The notes beneath the pieces were generated by a model. It saw nothing but the letters and a program-made list of their open reading frames with translations, made no database searches and was not told the origin of the DNA. Shown piece by piece: positions 11,047-19,450 of a stretch of DNA of 64,000 bases. Positions within the stretch are counted from its first letter, which is position 1, and each line of letters begins with the position of its first letter. The translations under genes were made by a program, and so were the position numbers. Location of the stretch: the NCBI GenBank assembly GCA_946500895.1, contig CAMMXG010000003.1, positions 99 to 64,098 of the forward strand, read 5' to 3'. Origin of the DNA: an uncultured Mycoplasma sp. Lineage in GTDB: Bacteria; Bacillota_I; Bacilli_A; RF39; UBA660.

Positions 11047-11499
11047 ATGAACTATAATAATAAGATTTTAGAGTTAAGAAATATTAATAATCTAACGCAA
11101 GATGATGTAGCTAAAATTTTAAATATTTCTAGAAGTACTTATAAAGATTATGAATTACAAATTAGTATTATTCCAATTAAACATCTTGTAACTTTAAGTG
11201 ATTATTTTAATGTGTCTATTGATTATTTATTAGGTTTAACAGATGTTAAACAATATGCTAATGTTACAAAAGCTGATAAGGTTATTGCAGGTATTCGTTT
11301 AAAAGAATTTCGAAAAGAAAACAAACTTACGCAAGTTAAACTTGCTAGTATTTTAAATACTACTTTTTCTTCAATTGCTTTTAACGAAAAAGGAAGAAAT
11401 TATATTGCTACTCCTTTTCTTTATACTATATGTAGCAAATATCATATTTCTGCTGATTACCTTCTAGGCAAAATAAAAGAACCAAAATATTTAAAATAA
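11047..11499 (+). CDS. XRE-family regulator with two tandem HTH domains
   Basis: Two repeats of the LTQ..(A/V)AK.L..S...(I/Y)...E.G motif ending in (D/A)YLLG. Start set at the ATG at 11047 with a GGTGA RBS. Confidence 0.8.
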   Translation: MNYNNKILELRNINNLTQDDVAKILNISRSTYKDYELQISIIPIKHLVTLSDYFNVSIDYLLGLTDVKQYANVTKADKVIAGIRLKEFRKENKLTQVKLASILNTTFSSIAFNEKGRNYIATPFLYTICSKYHISADYLLGKIKEPKYLK

Positions 11500-11517
11500 A
11501 TGGTTCTTTTTTATTTT
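11475..11517 (+). terminator. intrinsic terminator of the first XRE gene
   Basis: AAAAGAACCA (11475-11484) pairs with TGGTTCTTTT (11501-11510), followed by a T-rich run. Confidence 0.5.
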
Positions 11518-11599
11518 CGACACAGATGTCACAATTCATCGGAATTTGTCGAACGCTTTTTCTTGCTTTTTTTAGTACTATATTTCATAATATAGTCTT

Positions 11600-11812
11600 A
11601 GCGTTAGGGACAATGCATGCCTTTGTTCTTTTCCATTTCTATGTTTTACTTCTTTTACCCTTTAGGGGGTTTTGGTTGTAGAATTGAGGTGAGTAAAGTA
11701 TGAAGGTTCGGCTAAAAGTAATTTTGCCAAGAATAATAAAAATAGCATTGGTCCTCGAGATAACAACCAATGCTAAAAACACAAATAGGCATTAGGTTGT
11801 TTCCCTAACGCT
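11600..11812 (+). ncRNA. candidate structured RNA (rod-like, 6S-like shape) or MITE-like inverted-repeat element
   Basis: Perfect 11-bp closing helix AGCGTTAGGGA (11600-11610) / TCCCTAACGCT (11802-11812), extended by CAA/TTG, ATGCCT/AGGCAT and TTGT/ACAA. Internal 10-bp hairpin at 11743-11775. Candidate promoter TTGCTT-17-CATAAT (11563-11591) would start transcription at the base of the helix. Confidence 0.3.
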
Positions 11813-12098
11813 TACAATTTAATTATACTTTTATTTTGATATAAATACAATTTACAATTAATTTACATTTGTTGCATTTTACAAGTATAATTTTTTCTAA
11901 TCTATTCTATTAATATTTTTAATTGTGTAATATACCTCTAAATTTAATAATAATTCATTTACGCTTTTTACTACGTCCCCTATTAAAATTTCCTCTTTCA
12001 TATCATCACCGCGATTATCTTATCATATGTTTTTTAAATTTTCATGTGTTTCGACAAAACTTGTCAAAACTTATAAAAAAAATACAATATTTCTTATT

Positions 12099-12115
12099 TT
12101 AACGATAATCGTTAA
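12099..12115. promoter_or_regulatory. 17-bp perfect palindrome, candidate operator at the promoter of the second XRE gene
   Basis: TTAACGAT-A-ATCGTTAA overlaps a TTAATA -35-like hexamer (12112-12117), 17 nt upstream of TATAAT (12135-12140). Confidence 0.35.
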
Positions 12116-12190
12116 TATTTTGAGCTTATTCGTGTATAATTCTTAAAAACCAAGCTATTCTCATGTAATAATTACCCTGAGGTATATATT

Positions 12191-12715
12191 ATGGAGAAAG
12201 AGAGAAATTTGGCTTCTATTGAAGAGAAAGCATATCAACTTCGAATCAAAAAAGAAATGACACAAAAAGAATTTGCGAAAATGTTGGATGTTTCTATTAG
12301 TTATGTTTCAAATTGGGAAAATGGATATAATGAGATAACGATTCCTTTATTAAATAAAATTTGTAATATTTGTGATGTTTCTTTTGATTTTATGATGGGA
12401 TTTAGTAAAAAGAAAAATAATACCTCAAAAATAATAGAAGTTGATAAAAAATATTTAGGGAAAAGATTAAAGGAAATTAGAAAAAATGAGGGATTAACAC
12501 AAGAGAAAATGGCAAAGAGAATTAATACTTATCGTTTTCTAATTAGTGATTATGAAACCGGTAGGAAAAGTATTAGTACAGCTGATTTAAAACAAATATG
12601 TGAAACTTTTGGTTATAGTGCTGATTGGTGTGTTGGTAAACTTAAGGATTGTATTCGTTATAAGCCTGTTAAAAAGCTAAAAGCGCGAGATGTAAAAGGT
12701 TTAATATCTAGTTAA
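12191..12715 (+). CDS. XRE-family regulator with two tandem HTH domains (paralogue of 11047-11499)
   Basis: Same double-HTH layout (MTQKEFAKMLDVS..., LTQEKMAKRINT...). RBS GAGG upstream. Confidence 0.8.
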   Translation: MEKERNLASIEEKAYQLRIKKEMTQKEFAKMLDVSISYVSNWENGYNEITIPLLNKICNICDVSFDFMMGFSKKKNNTSKIIEVDKKYLGKRLKEIRKNEGLTQEKMAKRINTYRFLISDYETGRKSISTADLKQICETFGYSADWCVGKLKDCIRYKPVKKLKARDVKGLISS

Positions 12716-12891
12716 ACAAAAAGAAGTAACATTTATTTTGCTGCTTCTTTTTAGATATTACTCTTCGAAATCGTTAATACTTATAATATTAGATTGAGAT
12801 CAAAGATAAAATATGTACATAAGTAATACCTGTTGTACATATTTTTATTTTATTCACTCATCATTTATTTATTAAACCTCTTTTTACCAGT

Positions 12892-14829
12892 TTATTTTAA
12901 TAAATATTCATACATACTATATTTAATTATATTAGCACTTAAAGTAAAACGATTAGATACTAGATTGTTCATACTAGTTACATATTCCGTTGTGTTTTCT
13001 AAAGTTACGCCTTCTTTTAGAGTAAACTTACCATTTTTATAAGTTCCATAATCACTTACCCAACTGCGATTAGAAAAGATGGCCAATCCTGGTGCATCAC
13101 TTAATATATCTTTTCCGACAATTAGTCTTGAATCATATTCTACGCCAAATAAATTTAGAAGAGTCGGTAAGACATCAATCCCGCTGCCAACTTTATCTAC
13201 TTCAACTGTTTCTATCTCACTATTCCAAAGAATAAAATTACTACGATTTACTTCTACTATTTCATCACGTTCATAATCACTTAATTCATTTACTTCATCA
13301 ATTGTTAAAGTATATGGGTAATGGTCTCCTACTAAAGCGATTACAGTATCTTCTAAAATGCCCTCTGCTTCTAAACCATCAATTAAAGCTTCTAGGGCTC
13401 TATCTAATTCTATTTGCGTTGCTAAATAAGCTTTAACATTGTTTGAATATGGTAAGTCTTTTACATATTGAATATTTTTTAGAGCAATGGAATTACCAGT
13501 AGAATTATAGGCATAAGGTGCATGACCAGAAACAGTTACATAATAAGTTACAAATGGTGTATTATCTTGATATAATGGTAAAGTTTGATTAATCATATCA
13601 ACATCACTTGGAAGCCAACTACAATTAATTAAATCTTCCATACCATTTCCACAGCCCATATAAGAAGTAAATCCTAATGTTTCCATTGTTTTTTGTCTAC
13701 TATAATAGGTATATGTCCAGTTATGATAACCATTAGCGGTATATCCAAGATTACTAAAAGCATTTCCTAAAGCATAAGATATCGTTGGCTCTGACTTTTT
13801 CCAATCAGATAATATGGACTGAGTTGGAATAAGTCCCGTTGTTGCTTGAAATTCACCACCAGTAGTACTTAAAAATACCGGTGAATAAAAATTATTAAAG
13901 ACAAAGCCTTCATGACTTAATTTATATAGTGTTGGTGTTAGTTCTGGGTCAACGGCAATCATGTTAAAGCCTTCTGCAAGAATAAAGATTAAGTTTTTTC
14001 CTTCAAACATACCTGTATATTCATTTTTATTGGTAGCATCACTATTTTTAAAATATTCTAACATGCTTTTTATTGTACTATTGGTTTCATTGGCAATTAA
14101 AGTATCAAAATCAATTTCTATTTCGTTATAAGTTGGTACAACTTCTTCCGGTTCTTCCTCTTCGGGAATGTTTGGGATATCGGGTTCCTCATTCATTGTC
14201 AATTTTTCTTCAAAGCCAAATAACACTCTTTTAACATCTAGCCTTGTGTAAGTAAATAATCCAAAAGTTTCCACTGTTTTAGATTCACTATTAATATTGT
14301 AATATAGATTATAAGCTGAATAAGTATCATTTTTATTTATGTTTAAACATAATAAGGAAATTATCCATATTAAAATAGTAGCAATAAAACATATTAATAT
14401 TTTCTTTAGACTAGCTCTTTCAAAATTTATGCGTTTTTGGAATATAATTAAAAGAATAATTGGTAACAAATAAAGAATTACTACCCAAATGTTTTTTATG
14501 ACAACATCAAATATAATATTTGTAAAATCAAGAGCGTTGCTAGCCAGTCCTAAAGTATTAAAAGAAAATATATTGCTAAATAATCTGTGGAAGAAAAATT
14601 GAAAACAATAATAAATTACAAAGACTACACTTATGATGTAAGTTAACACCACATTTCCTTTTTTCTTAAATATGTTTGTTATTAAATATAAAATTAATAT
14701 AATAGGAATACTAAAAAGCAAAGTTAAAAGAATGCCACTAAAACTCTTAGTGACGAATATTTTGGTTAGTATTTCTAAATAAATAATTAAAAAGCTTAAA
14801 TAAAATATGACATTAAACTGCTTCTTCAT
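12892..14829 (-). CDS. LTA-synthase-family sulfatase-fold phosphotransferase
   Basis: Five N-terminal TM helices plus an extracellular domain with FILAEGFN...TTGGEFQATTGLIP (metal/nucleophile Thr region) and VGDHYPY motifs. Confidence 0.8.
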   Translation of the reverse strand: MKKQFNVIFYLSFLIIYLEILTKIFVTKSFSGILLTLLFSIPIILILYLITNIFKKKGNVVLTYIISVVFVIYYCFQFFFHRLFSNIFSFNTLGLASNALDFTNIIFDVVIKNIWVVILYLLPIILLIIFQKRINFERASLKKILICFIATILIWIISLLCLNINKNDTYSAYNLYYNINSESKTVETFGLFTYTRLDVKRVLFGFEEKLTMNEEPDIPNIPEEEEPEEVVPTYNEIEIDFDTLIANETNSTIKSMLEYFKNSDATNKNEYTGMFEGKNLIFILAEGFNMIAVDPELTPTLYKLSHEGFVFNNFYSPVFLSTTGGEFQATTGLIPTQSILSDWKKSEPTISYALGNAFSNLGYTANGYHNWTYTYYSRQKTMETLGFTSYMGCGNGMEDLINCSWLPSDVDMINQTLPLYQDNTPFVTYYVTVSGHAPYAYNSTGNSIALKNIQYVKDLPYSNNVKAYLATQIELDRALEALIDGLEAEGILEDTVIALVGDHYPYTLTIDEVNELSDYERDEIVEVNRSNFILWNSEIETVEVDKVGSGIDVLPTLLNLFGVEYDSRLIVGKDILSDAPGLAIFSNRSWVSDYGTYKNGKFTLKEGVTLENTTEYVTSMNNLVSNRFTLSANIIKYSMYEYLLK

Positions 14830-14927
14830 AATTTCACCTAAATTTATTATATCAAAATTTAGAATAATTAAAAGATTAACTTTGCTTTTTTTCGATTTTT
14901 ATGTATAATTGTGTTAGGTGATGATGA

Positions 14928-15356
14928 ATGAAAAAAATATGGAGTCTTTATCATAAATATGAAGAAATTATTAATTATTTAATTGTTGGAGGATTAACTA
15001 CTGTTATTAGCTTAGCTGTTAAATATGGTCTTTTATTTACAGTATTGGATGCTAGCGATGCAGTAGAATTACAAGCAGCAGTTATTATTTCTTGGATTAT
15101 AGCAGTCGCTTTTGCTTATATTACTAATCGGATATTTGTTTTTCATTCTAAATCAAAACAATATTTAAAAGAAATTAGTGGATTTGTCGCTGGTAGAATT
15201 GCTACTTTAATTATGGAAATGGTTATTATGTGGTTCTTCGTTACATTACTTGGTTTAGATAGTAATTTATGGGTTATTGTTTGGACTATTGTAGCTCAGA
15301 TATTAGTTATTGTTGGTAATTATGTTATTAGTAAATTATTTGTATTTAAAAAATAA
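14928..15356 (+). CDS. GtrA-family membrane protein (polyprenyl-P-sugar flippase candidate)
   Basis: 142 aa with 4 TM helices; YLIVGGLTTVISL and NRIFVF motifs are typical of GtrA/GtcA. Confidence 0.85.
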   Translation: MKKIWSLYHKYEEIINYLIVGGLTTVISLAVKYGLLFTVLDASDAVELQAAVIISWIIAVAFAYITNRIFVFHSKSKQYLKEISGFVAGRIATLIMEMVIMWFFVTLLGLDSNLWVIVWTIVAQILVIVGNYVISKLFVFKK

Positions 15357-15365
15357 TTCATACAA

Positions 15366-15396
15366 GCCTTAAGTCGTATAGATTTAAGGTTTTTAT
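15366..15396 (+). terminator. intrinsic terminator after gtrA
   Basis: GCCTTAA / TTAAGG stem followed by TTTTT. Confidence 0.5.
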
Positions 15397-15467
15397 ATTG
15401 TTTAAATGTTCGCTTGTTTTTCTATATAGGAAATGATAGAATATTGTTGGTTTAGAAAGGAAAATTT

Positions 15468-15632
15468 ATGGACGATTTTATAAAATATCTTTTAGTAACT
15501 GACCAACTTGATGAAGTATTTTGGGGTAAGAAAAAAGAAGCAGAAGATGAGGAAGTTTTGAAAAGAACTTTGAGAAAAAAAGATGATAAAGAAGATAATA
15601 GTCATAAAAATTCTAGTTCATTTACAAAATAA
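15468..15632 (+). CDS. small acidic/basic hypothetical protein (54 aa)
   Basis: ATG with AAAGGAAAA upstream; MDDFIKYLLVTDQLDEVFWGKKKEAEDEEVLKRTLRKKDDKEDNSHKNSSSFTK. Below the ORF-track cutoff. Sits directly upstream of the left uvrB start. Confidence 0.35.
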   Translation: MDDFIKYLLVTDQLDEVFWGKKKEAEDEEVLKRTLRKKDDKEDNSHKNSSSFTK

Positions 15633-15650
15633 TTAGGAAAGGAGTTTTTT

Positions 15651-15959
15651 ATGTTTGAGTTAATATCAAAATATAAACCTAGTGGAGACCAACCACAAGC
15701 GATTGAAAAGTTAGTTAAAGGAATTAATGAGGGCAAGAAAGAACAAGTTTTACTGGGTGCTACTGGTACGGGTAAAACGTTTACGGTTGCTAATGTTATT
15801 AAGGAAGTGAATATGCCTACCCTTGTTTTAGCTCATAATAAAACTTTAGCAGGTCAACTTTATTCAGAATTAAAAGAACTTTTTCCAAATAATCATGTAG
15901 AGTACTTTGTTAGCTATTACGATTATATTGCACACTCCCCTATTTTTAGTACTATTTAA
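15651..15959 (+). pseudogene. uvrB: uvrB 5' remnant (codons 1-92, then 10 unrelated codons and a stop)
   Basis: Nucleotides 15651-15926 align without gaps to 26272-26547 (11 mismatches in 276 nt by manual alignment). Keeps an AAGGAG RBS and the Walker A motif GATGTGKT. Homology ends abruptly after ...YYDY. Confidence 0.9.
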
Positions 15960-16019
15960 TCCCAAAAAATCTTTTAATTAATACTAATTAATACTAGATA
16001 TTACCAATTAATTGAATAA

Positions 16020-16044
16020 AATTTGTGACCTTGTTTCGTGTAAA
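16020..16044 (+). repeat. left copy of 25-bp direct repeat AATTTGTGACCTTG(T/A)TTCGTGTAAA
   Basis: 24/25 identical to 26130-26154. Preceded at 15941-15960 by TATTTTTAGTACTATTTAAT, which matches 26081-26098. Confidence 0.8.
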
Positions 16045-16747
16045 TTCGTGTAAGCATATAGATATACATTTTTTTCTGTTTTATTTTTATGCTATAATTT
16101 TTATATAAAATAAAAGCGTGAATATATGAAAAGTTTAGTTGCATTAAAGTATAAGAATATTTCTTACAAGAAAACTTTGCCACGTTTTTTTATCATGTTA
16201 TTGACCTTTATAATAAAAATGAAAATTTGATAGTTGGAGTTGCTTTTCATGGTAACTATTTGCAGTTTAAATCTCTTGGTAATGCTAATCTTATTGTTAT
16301 TAATAATAAAGATAATTTGCTTTTAGACGAGTAATTTCAATATCTCTAATAATTCTAATGATATTGAGATGTTTCCTTTTGGAGGCTGTGATTATATATT
16401 CATGGAAAAAATATAAAGAATGTGTTAATGAAGAGACTGCTAGAGCAAGAAAATCACATTTAAAGAAACATCAGGATAGAAAAGCATTTGAAAATAGCTT
16501 TTTAGATGATACACAAATTTGAACAATTATATTCTTCATATAATTTTCCTGATGTTAAAGGTATTGGGATTATTTAGAATTTTATTTCTATTTTGGCGAG
16601 CTGGTGTTAGAATAGATATATTAATATAAAAGAAGTAATACTTCATCATAAAGAAAATAAGGATGATTCAAATATCATTTTTACATTATATGGAAAAATC
16701 TATAGATTAGATAATAAAAACTAATATGGCTAAATAGCTAAAAAATG

Positions 16748-16776
16748 TTGACTTTAAAAAAGATATGTATTATTAT
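16748..16776 (+). promoter_or_regulatory. sigma70-type promoter of the island operon
   Basis: TTGACT (16748-16753), 17-nt spacer, TATTAT (16771-16776, reading on as TATTATAAT). Confidence 0.5.
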
Positions 16777-16856
16777 AATAACCCAGTTGGGGGTATTTAC
16801 ATGACAAATAACGACTTTTTTAAATATGGAAATGCAAAAATTTTAAAGATAAATAA

Positions 16857-16896
16857 AAGTGCCTAAATTTTATTAGATTTTTAGACACTTTTTTTA
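16857..16896 (+). terminator. terminator-like hairpin in the operon leader (possible attenuator)
   Basis: AAGTGCCTAAA (16857-16867) pairs with TTTAGACACTT (16880-16890) with one mismatch, followed by a T run. Overlaps the stop of a 21-codon leader ORF (16801-16866) and lies 20 nt before the first operon gene. Confidence 0.4.
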
Positions 16897-16915
16897 TATA
16901 GAAAGAAGGTAGTTT

Positions 16916-17440
16916 ATGGTTTATATTGGAGTTTTATGGAATACTGTAAATCACTTGAGAGAAGAAATATTACAAGATACTAATAATTTTGGTAAAGTGA
17001 TAAACTATTTTGATTGTGATTTAGGTAAAGATTACAATAATTTTGTAAGAAAAATTTATCAATCAGATGGCATTGCTGAATGGAAAGTTGATTTAAAATT
17101 ACAAGCAATGAATATAACGCCAAGTACACATTTAACAATATTTTTTATAGATATTGATGATAGTGAAAAAGAATTAAACGACAGAAAACATAAAATAGTG
17201 TCGGTAAATATGGAAAGAATGAAAAACTCAATTAGGAACAAATACTCACAGATGATTCAAAATTATTTTTTTGATAATGTTTTTCATATGACAGATGATG
17301 AAACAGAACTGGCCAATACGTTAGAAGTAATTAAGGAGTATTTTCCGAACATATATAATGAGTACTTTGAAATTAAGGAAGATACTAATGTTAGAATTAG
17401 AAGAAAAAATGGAAAAGGAGCAGATAAAAATGAAGATTAA
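16916..17440 (+). CDS. hypothetical protein (first gene of the island operon)
   Basis: 174-aa ORF with a GAAGG RBS; overlaps the next start by 11 nt. No confident family assignment by eye. Confidence 0.6.
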   Translation: MVYIGVLWNTVNHLREEILQDTNNFGKVINYFDCDLGKDYNNFVRKIYQSDGIAEWKVDLKLQAMNITPSTHLTIFFIDIDDSEKELNDRKHKIVSVNMERMKNSIRNKYSQMIQNYFFDNVFHMTDDETELANTLEVIKEYFPNIYNEYFEIKEDTNVRIRRKNGKGADKNED

Positions 17441-18284
17441 TAATAAGGAAATTGATGAAAAAAAACCATATGTTATCGCAGAAATCGGCATAAATCATAA
17501 TGGAAGTTTAGATTTAGCAAAAATACTTATTGATATTGCAGTAGAATGTGGATGCGATGCTGTAAAATTTCAAAAAAGAGATGTAGATACTGTTTATACA
17601 CAAGAAGAATTGTTAAAAGAGCGAATAAGCCCTTTCGGAAAAACAAATGGTGATTTAAAAAGAGGATTAGAACTTTCTTATGAAGCTTATCAGAAATTGT
17701 TTAGTTATGCCAGGGAAAAAGAAATAGATATTTTTGCAAGCCCATGGGACTCTAAATCAGTAGATTTTTTAGAGCAATTTTCTCCATGTTGTTATAAAGT
17801 CGCAAGTGCTTCTATAACAGACTATAAACTATTAGAAAAAATCAAAAAAACGGGAAAACCTGTCATTATCTCAACAGGAATGTCTACAGAAGAAGAAATA
17901 GATAACGCCATTAAAATATTTAATCAAAAAAACATTGCAATTTTAGCATGTACGAGTACATATCCAACAGACGATTCAGAAATTAATTTGAATAAAATTA
18001 AAACTTTAAAAAAGAAATATCCTAAAATACCTATAGGATATTCAGGACATGAAAGAGATATTTTCCCTTCGCTAATTGCAGTAGCTTTAGGAGCGTGCAT
18101 TATAGAACGTCACATTACTATAAGTAAAGATATATGGGGAAGCGATCAAAGGGCATCTTTAGAACCGAAGGAATTAAAAGAATTAGTAACTGGCATAAAA
18201 AGAGTGAAAACAATTATGGGAGATGGCAAGATAACAGTATATGATAGTGAACAACCAATTAAGAAAAAATTAAGAAGATATTAG
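17430..18284 (+). CDS. NeuB-family PEP-dependent ulosonic-acid synthase lacking the C-terminal SAF domain
   Basis: Start at the ATG at 17430 (AAGGAG upstream). PYVIAEIGINHNGSLDLAK, DAVKFQ, GYSGHE and IIERHIT motifs are typical of NeuB/SpsE TIM barrels. The protein ends about where the SAF/antifreeze-like domain normally begins. Confidence 0.8.
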   Translation: MKINNKEIDEKKPYVIAEIGINHNGSLDLAKILIDIAVECGCDAVKFQKRDVDTVYTQEELLKERISPFGKTNGDLKRGLELSYEAYQKLFSYAREKEIDIFASPWDSKSVDFLEQFSPCCYKVASASITDYKLLEKIKKTGKPVIISTGMSTEEEIDNAIKIFNQKNIAILACTSTYPTDDSEINLNKIKTLKKKYPKIPIGYSGHERDIFPSLIAVALGACIIERHITISKDIWGSDQRASLEPKELKELVTGIKRVKTIMGDGKITVYDSEQPIKKKLRRY

Positions 18285-18295
18285 GGATGGTTATT

Positions 18296-19450
18296 ATGCA
18301 TAATTTTGAGTTTTTTAATCCAACAAAAATTATATTTGGTGAAAATAAAATTGAAAGCGTTTGTCAATATATTAAGAACTATACATCAACAAATAATATT
18401 TTATTGGTTATTTCTGAAAGTTGTAAAAATAATGGAGTGCTAAAAACAGTAACTAATCAACTAGAAAAAAATAGTATTCAATACTATATTGTTGATGGCA
18501 TTATCCCTAATCCTACTTTAGATAAAGTTTACTATGGAAAAAAAATAATTCAAAATAACAATATAGATTTTATTTTAGCAATTGGAGGAGCTTCTGTAAT
18601 AGACACTGCAAAAACAATTGCAGTTGCTTCTTGTCATAATGAAGATATATGGGATTTAATATGTAATCCAACAAATATAAAAAAATCATTACCTTTAGGA
18701 GTAGTTATTACACTATATGGCTCAGGAACGGAAATGACAAATGGTGCAGTTATTTCAAACATGATGATTACTAAAAAAAGAGGTTTTGATAATGTAAATA
18801 TGTTTCCAAAATTTTCAATATTAGATCCAACTACTTTAAAGAGTTGCAGCCATGAATATCTATCAATAGGATGTATGGATATGTTTACGCATATTATGGA
18901 AGATTATTTTGAAATTACAGACGAAGAAAACTTAGCCGATAGTTTTCAAGAATTATTGGTTAAAAAGATGATAATTGAATTTAAAAAACTAAACAACAAT
19001 AAACAGGATAACGCAAAACTGTTGTGGATGAGTACCTTAGCTCAAAACAAATTTTTATCATTCGGGAAAAAATATAATGGTGAATGGGTAGCACATATCA
19101 TAGGACACGAATTTTGTGTCAGATACAATTTACCACATGGGCAAGTTGTAGCCATTCTTTTTATAGCATGGTTAAATTTTATAAAGAAAATAAATGAGAA
19201 AAGGATAATTCAATTTGGCGTATCAGTATTCGATTTAAAATCTCCTACTTCTACCGAAGTTATAGATGAAATCAAAAAAGTCTATGCTCTACTTAACAAT
19301 ACTTTTACTTTAAAAGATTTAGGAGTCAGGTTAGAAGATATTGATGATATTGTAACGAATGCTATGAATGGTAAAAAATTAGGAAAATTTAAAGAGCTAA
19401 ATAAAGAAGATGTAAAAAATATTATTATGGAGGCTTACAATGGAAATTAA
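18296..19450 (+). CDS. iron-containing (group III) alcohol dehydrogenase family protein
   Basis: FNPTKIIFGEN start, GGASVIDTAK nucleotide-binding motif, and His cluster HIIGHEF...LPHGQ, as in YqhD/BdhA-type enzymes. An alternative ATG at 18287 is possible. Confidence 0.8.
   Translation: MHNFEFFNPTKIIFGENKIESVCQYIKNYTSTNNILLVISESCKNNGVLKTVTNQLEKNSIQYYIVDGIIPNPTLDKVYYGKKIIQNNNIDFILAIGGASVIDTAKTIAVASCHNEDIWDLICNPTNIKKSLPLGVVITLYGSGTEMTNGAVISNMMITKKRGFDNVNMFPKFSILDPTTLKSCSHEYLSIGCMDMFTHIMEDYFEITDEENLADSFQELLVKKMIIEFKKLNNNKQDNAKLLWMSTLAQNKFLSFGKKYNGEWVAHIIGHEFCVRYNLPHGQVVAILFIAWLNFIKKINEKRIIQFGVSVFDLKSPTSTEVIDEIKKVYALLNNTFTLKDLGVRLEDIDDIVTNAMNGKKLGKFKELNKEDVKNIIMEAYNGN

Noticed and set aside
11613-11681. 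22-aa hydrophobic mini-ORF (MHAFVLFHFYVLLLLPFRGFWL) inside the structured element, considered as a type I toxin.
   Set aside because: The RBS spacing is poor (AGGGA only 3 nt from the ATG), there is no charged tail, and the ORF lies within the paired arm of the helix. It cannot be supported without expression data.
15395-15420. LexA/Cheo-type SOS box upstream of the left uvrB start (CGAACATTTAAACA on the minus strand).
   Set aside because: Only one half-site (CGAAC) is good. The second half reads AAAC instead of GTTC. No comparable box precedes the intact uvrB.
16001-16183. 60-aa minus-strand ORF in the island's left debris region.
   Set aside because: The translation is nonsense-like and there is no RBS. 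It also spans the 25-bp direct repeat.
17358-17429. Longer N-terminal extension of the NeuB-like gene (track start 17358).
   Set aside because: The extension lies wholly inside the preceding gene in another frame. The ATG at 17430 has an AAGGAG RBS, and NeuB homology begins right after it.
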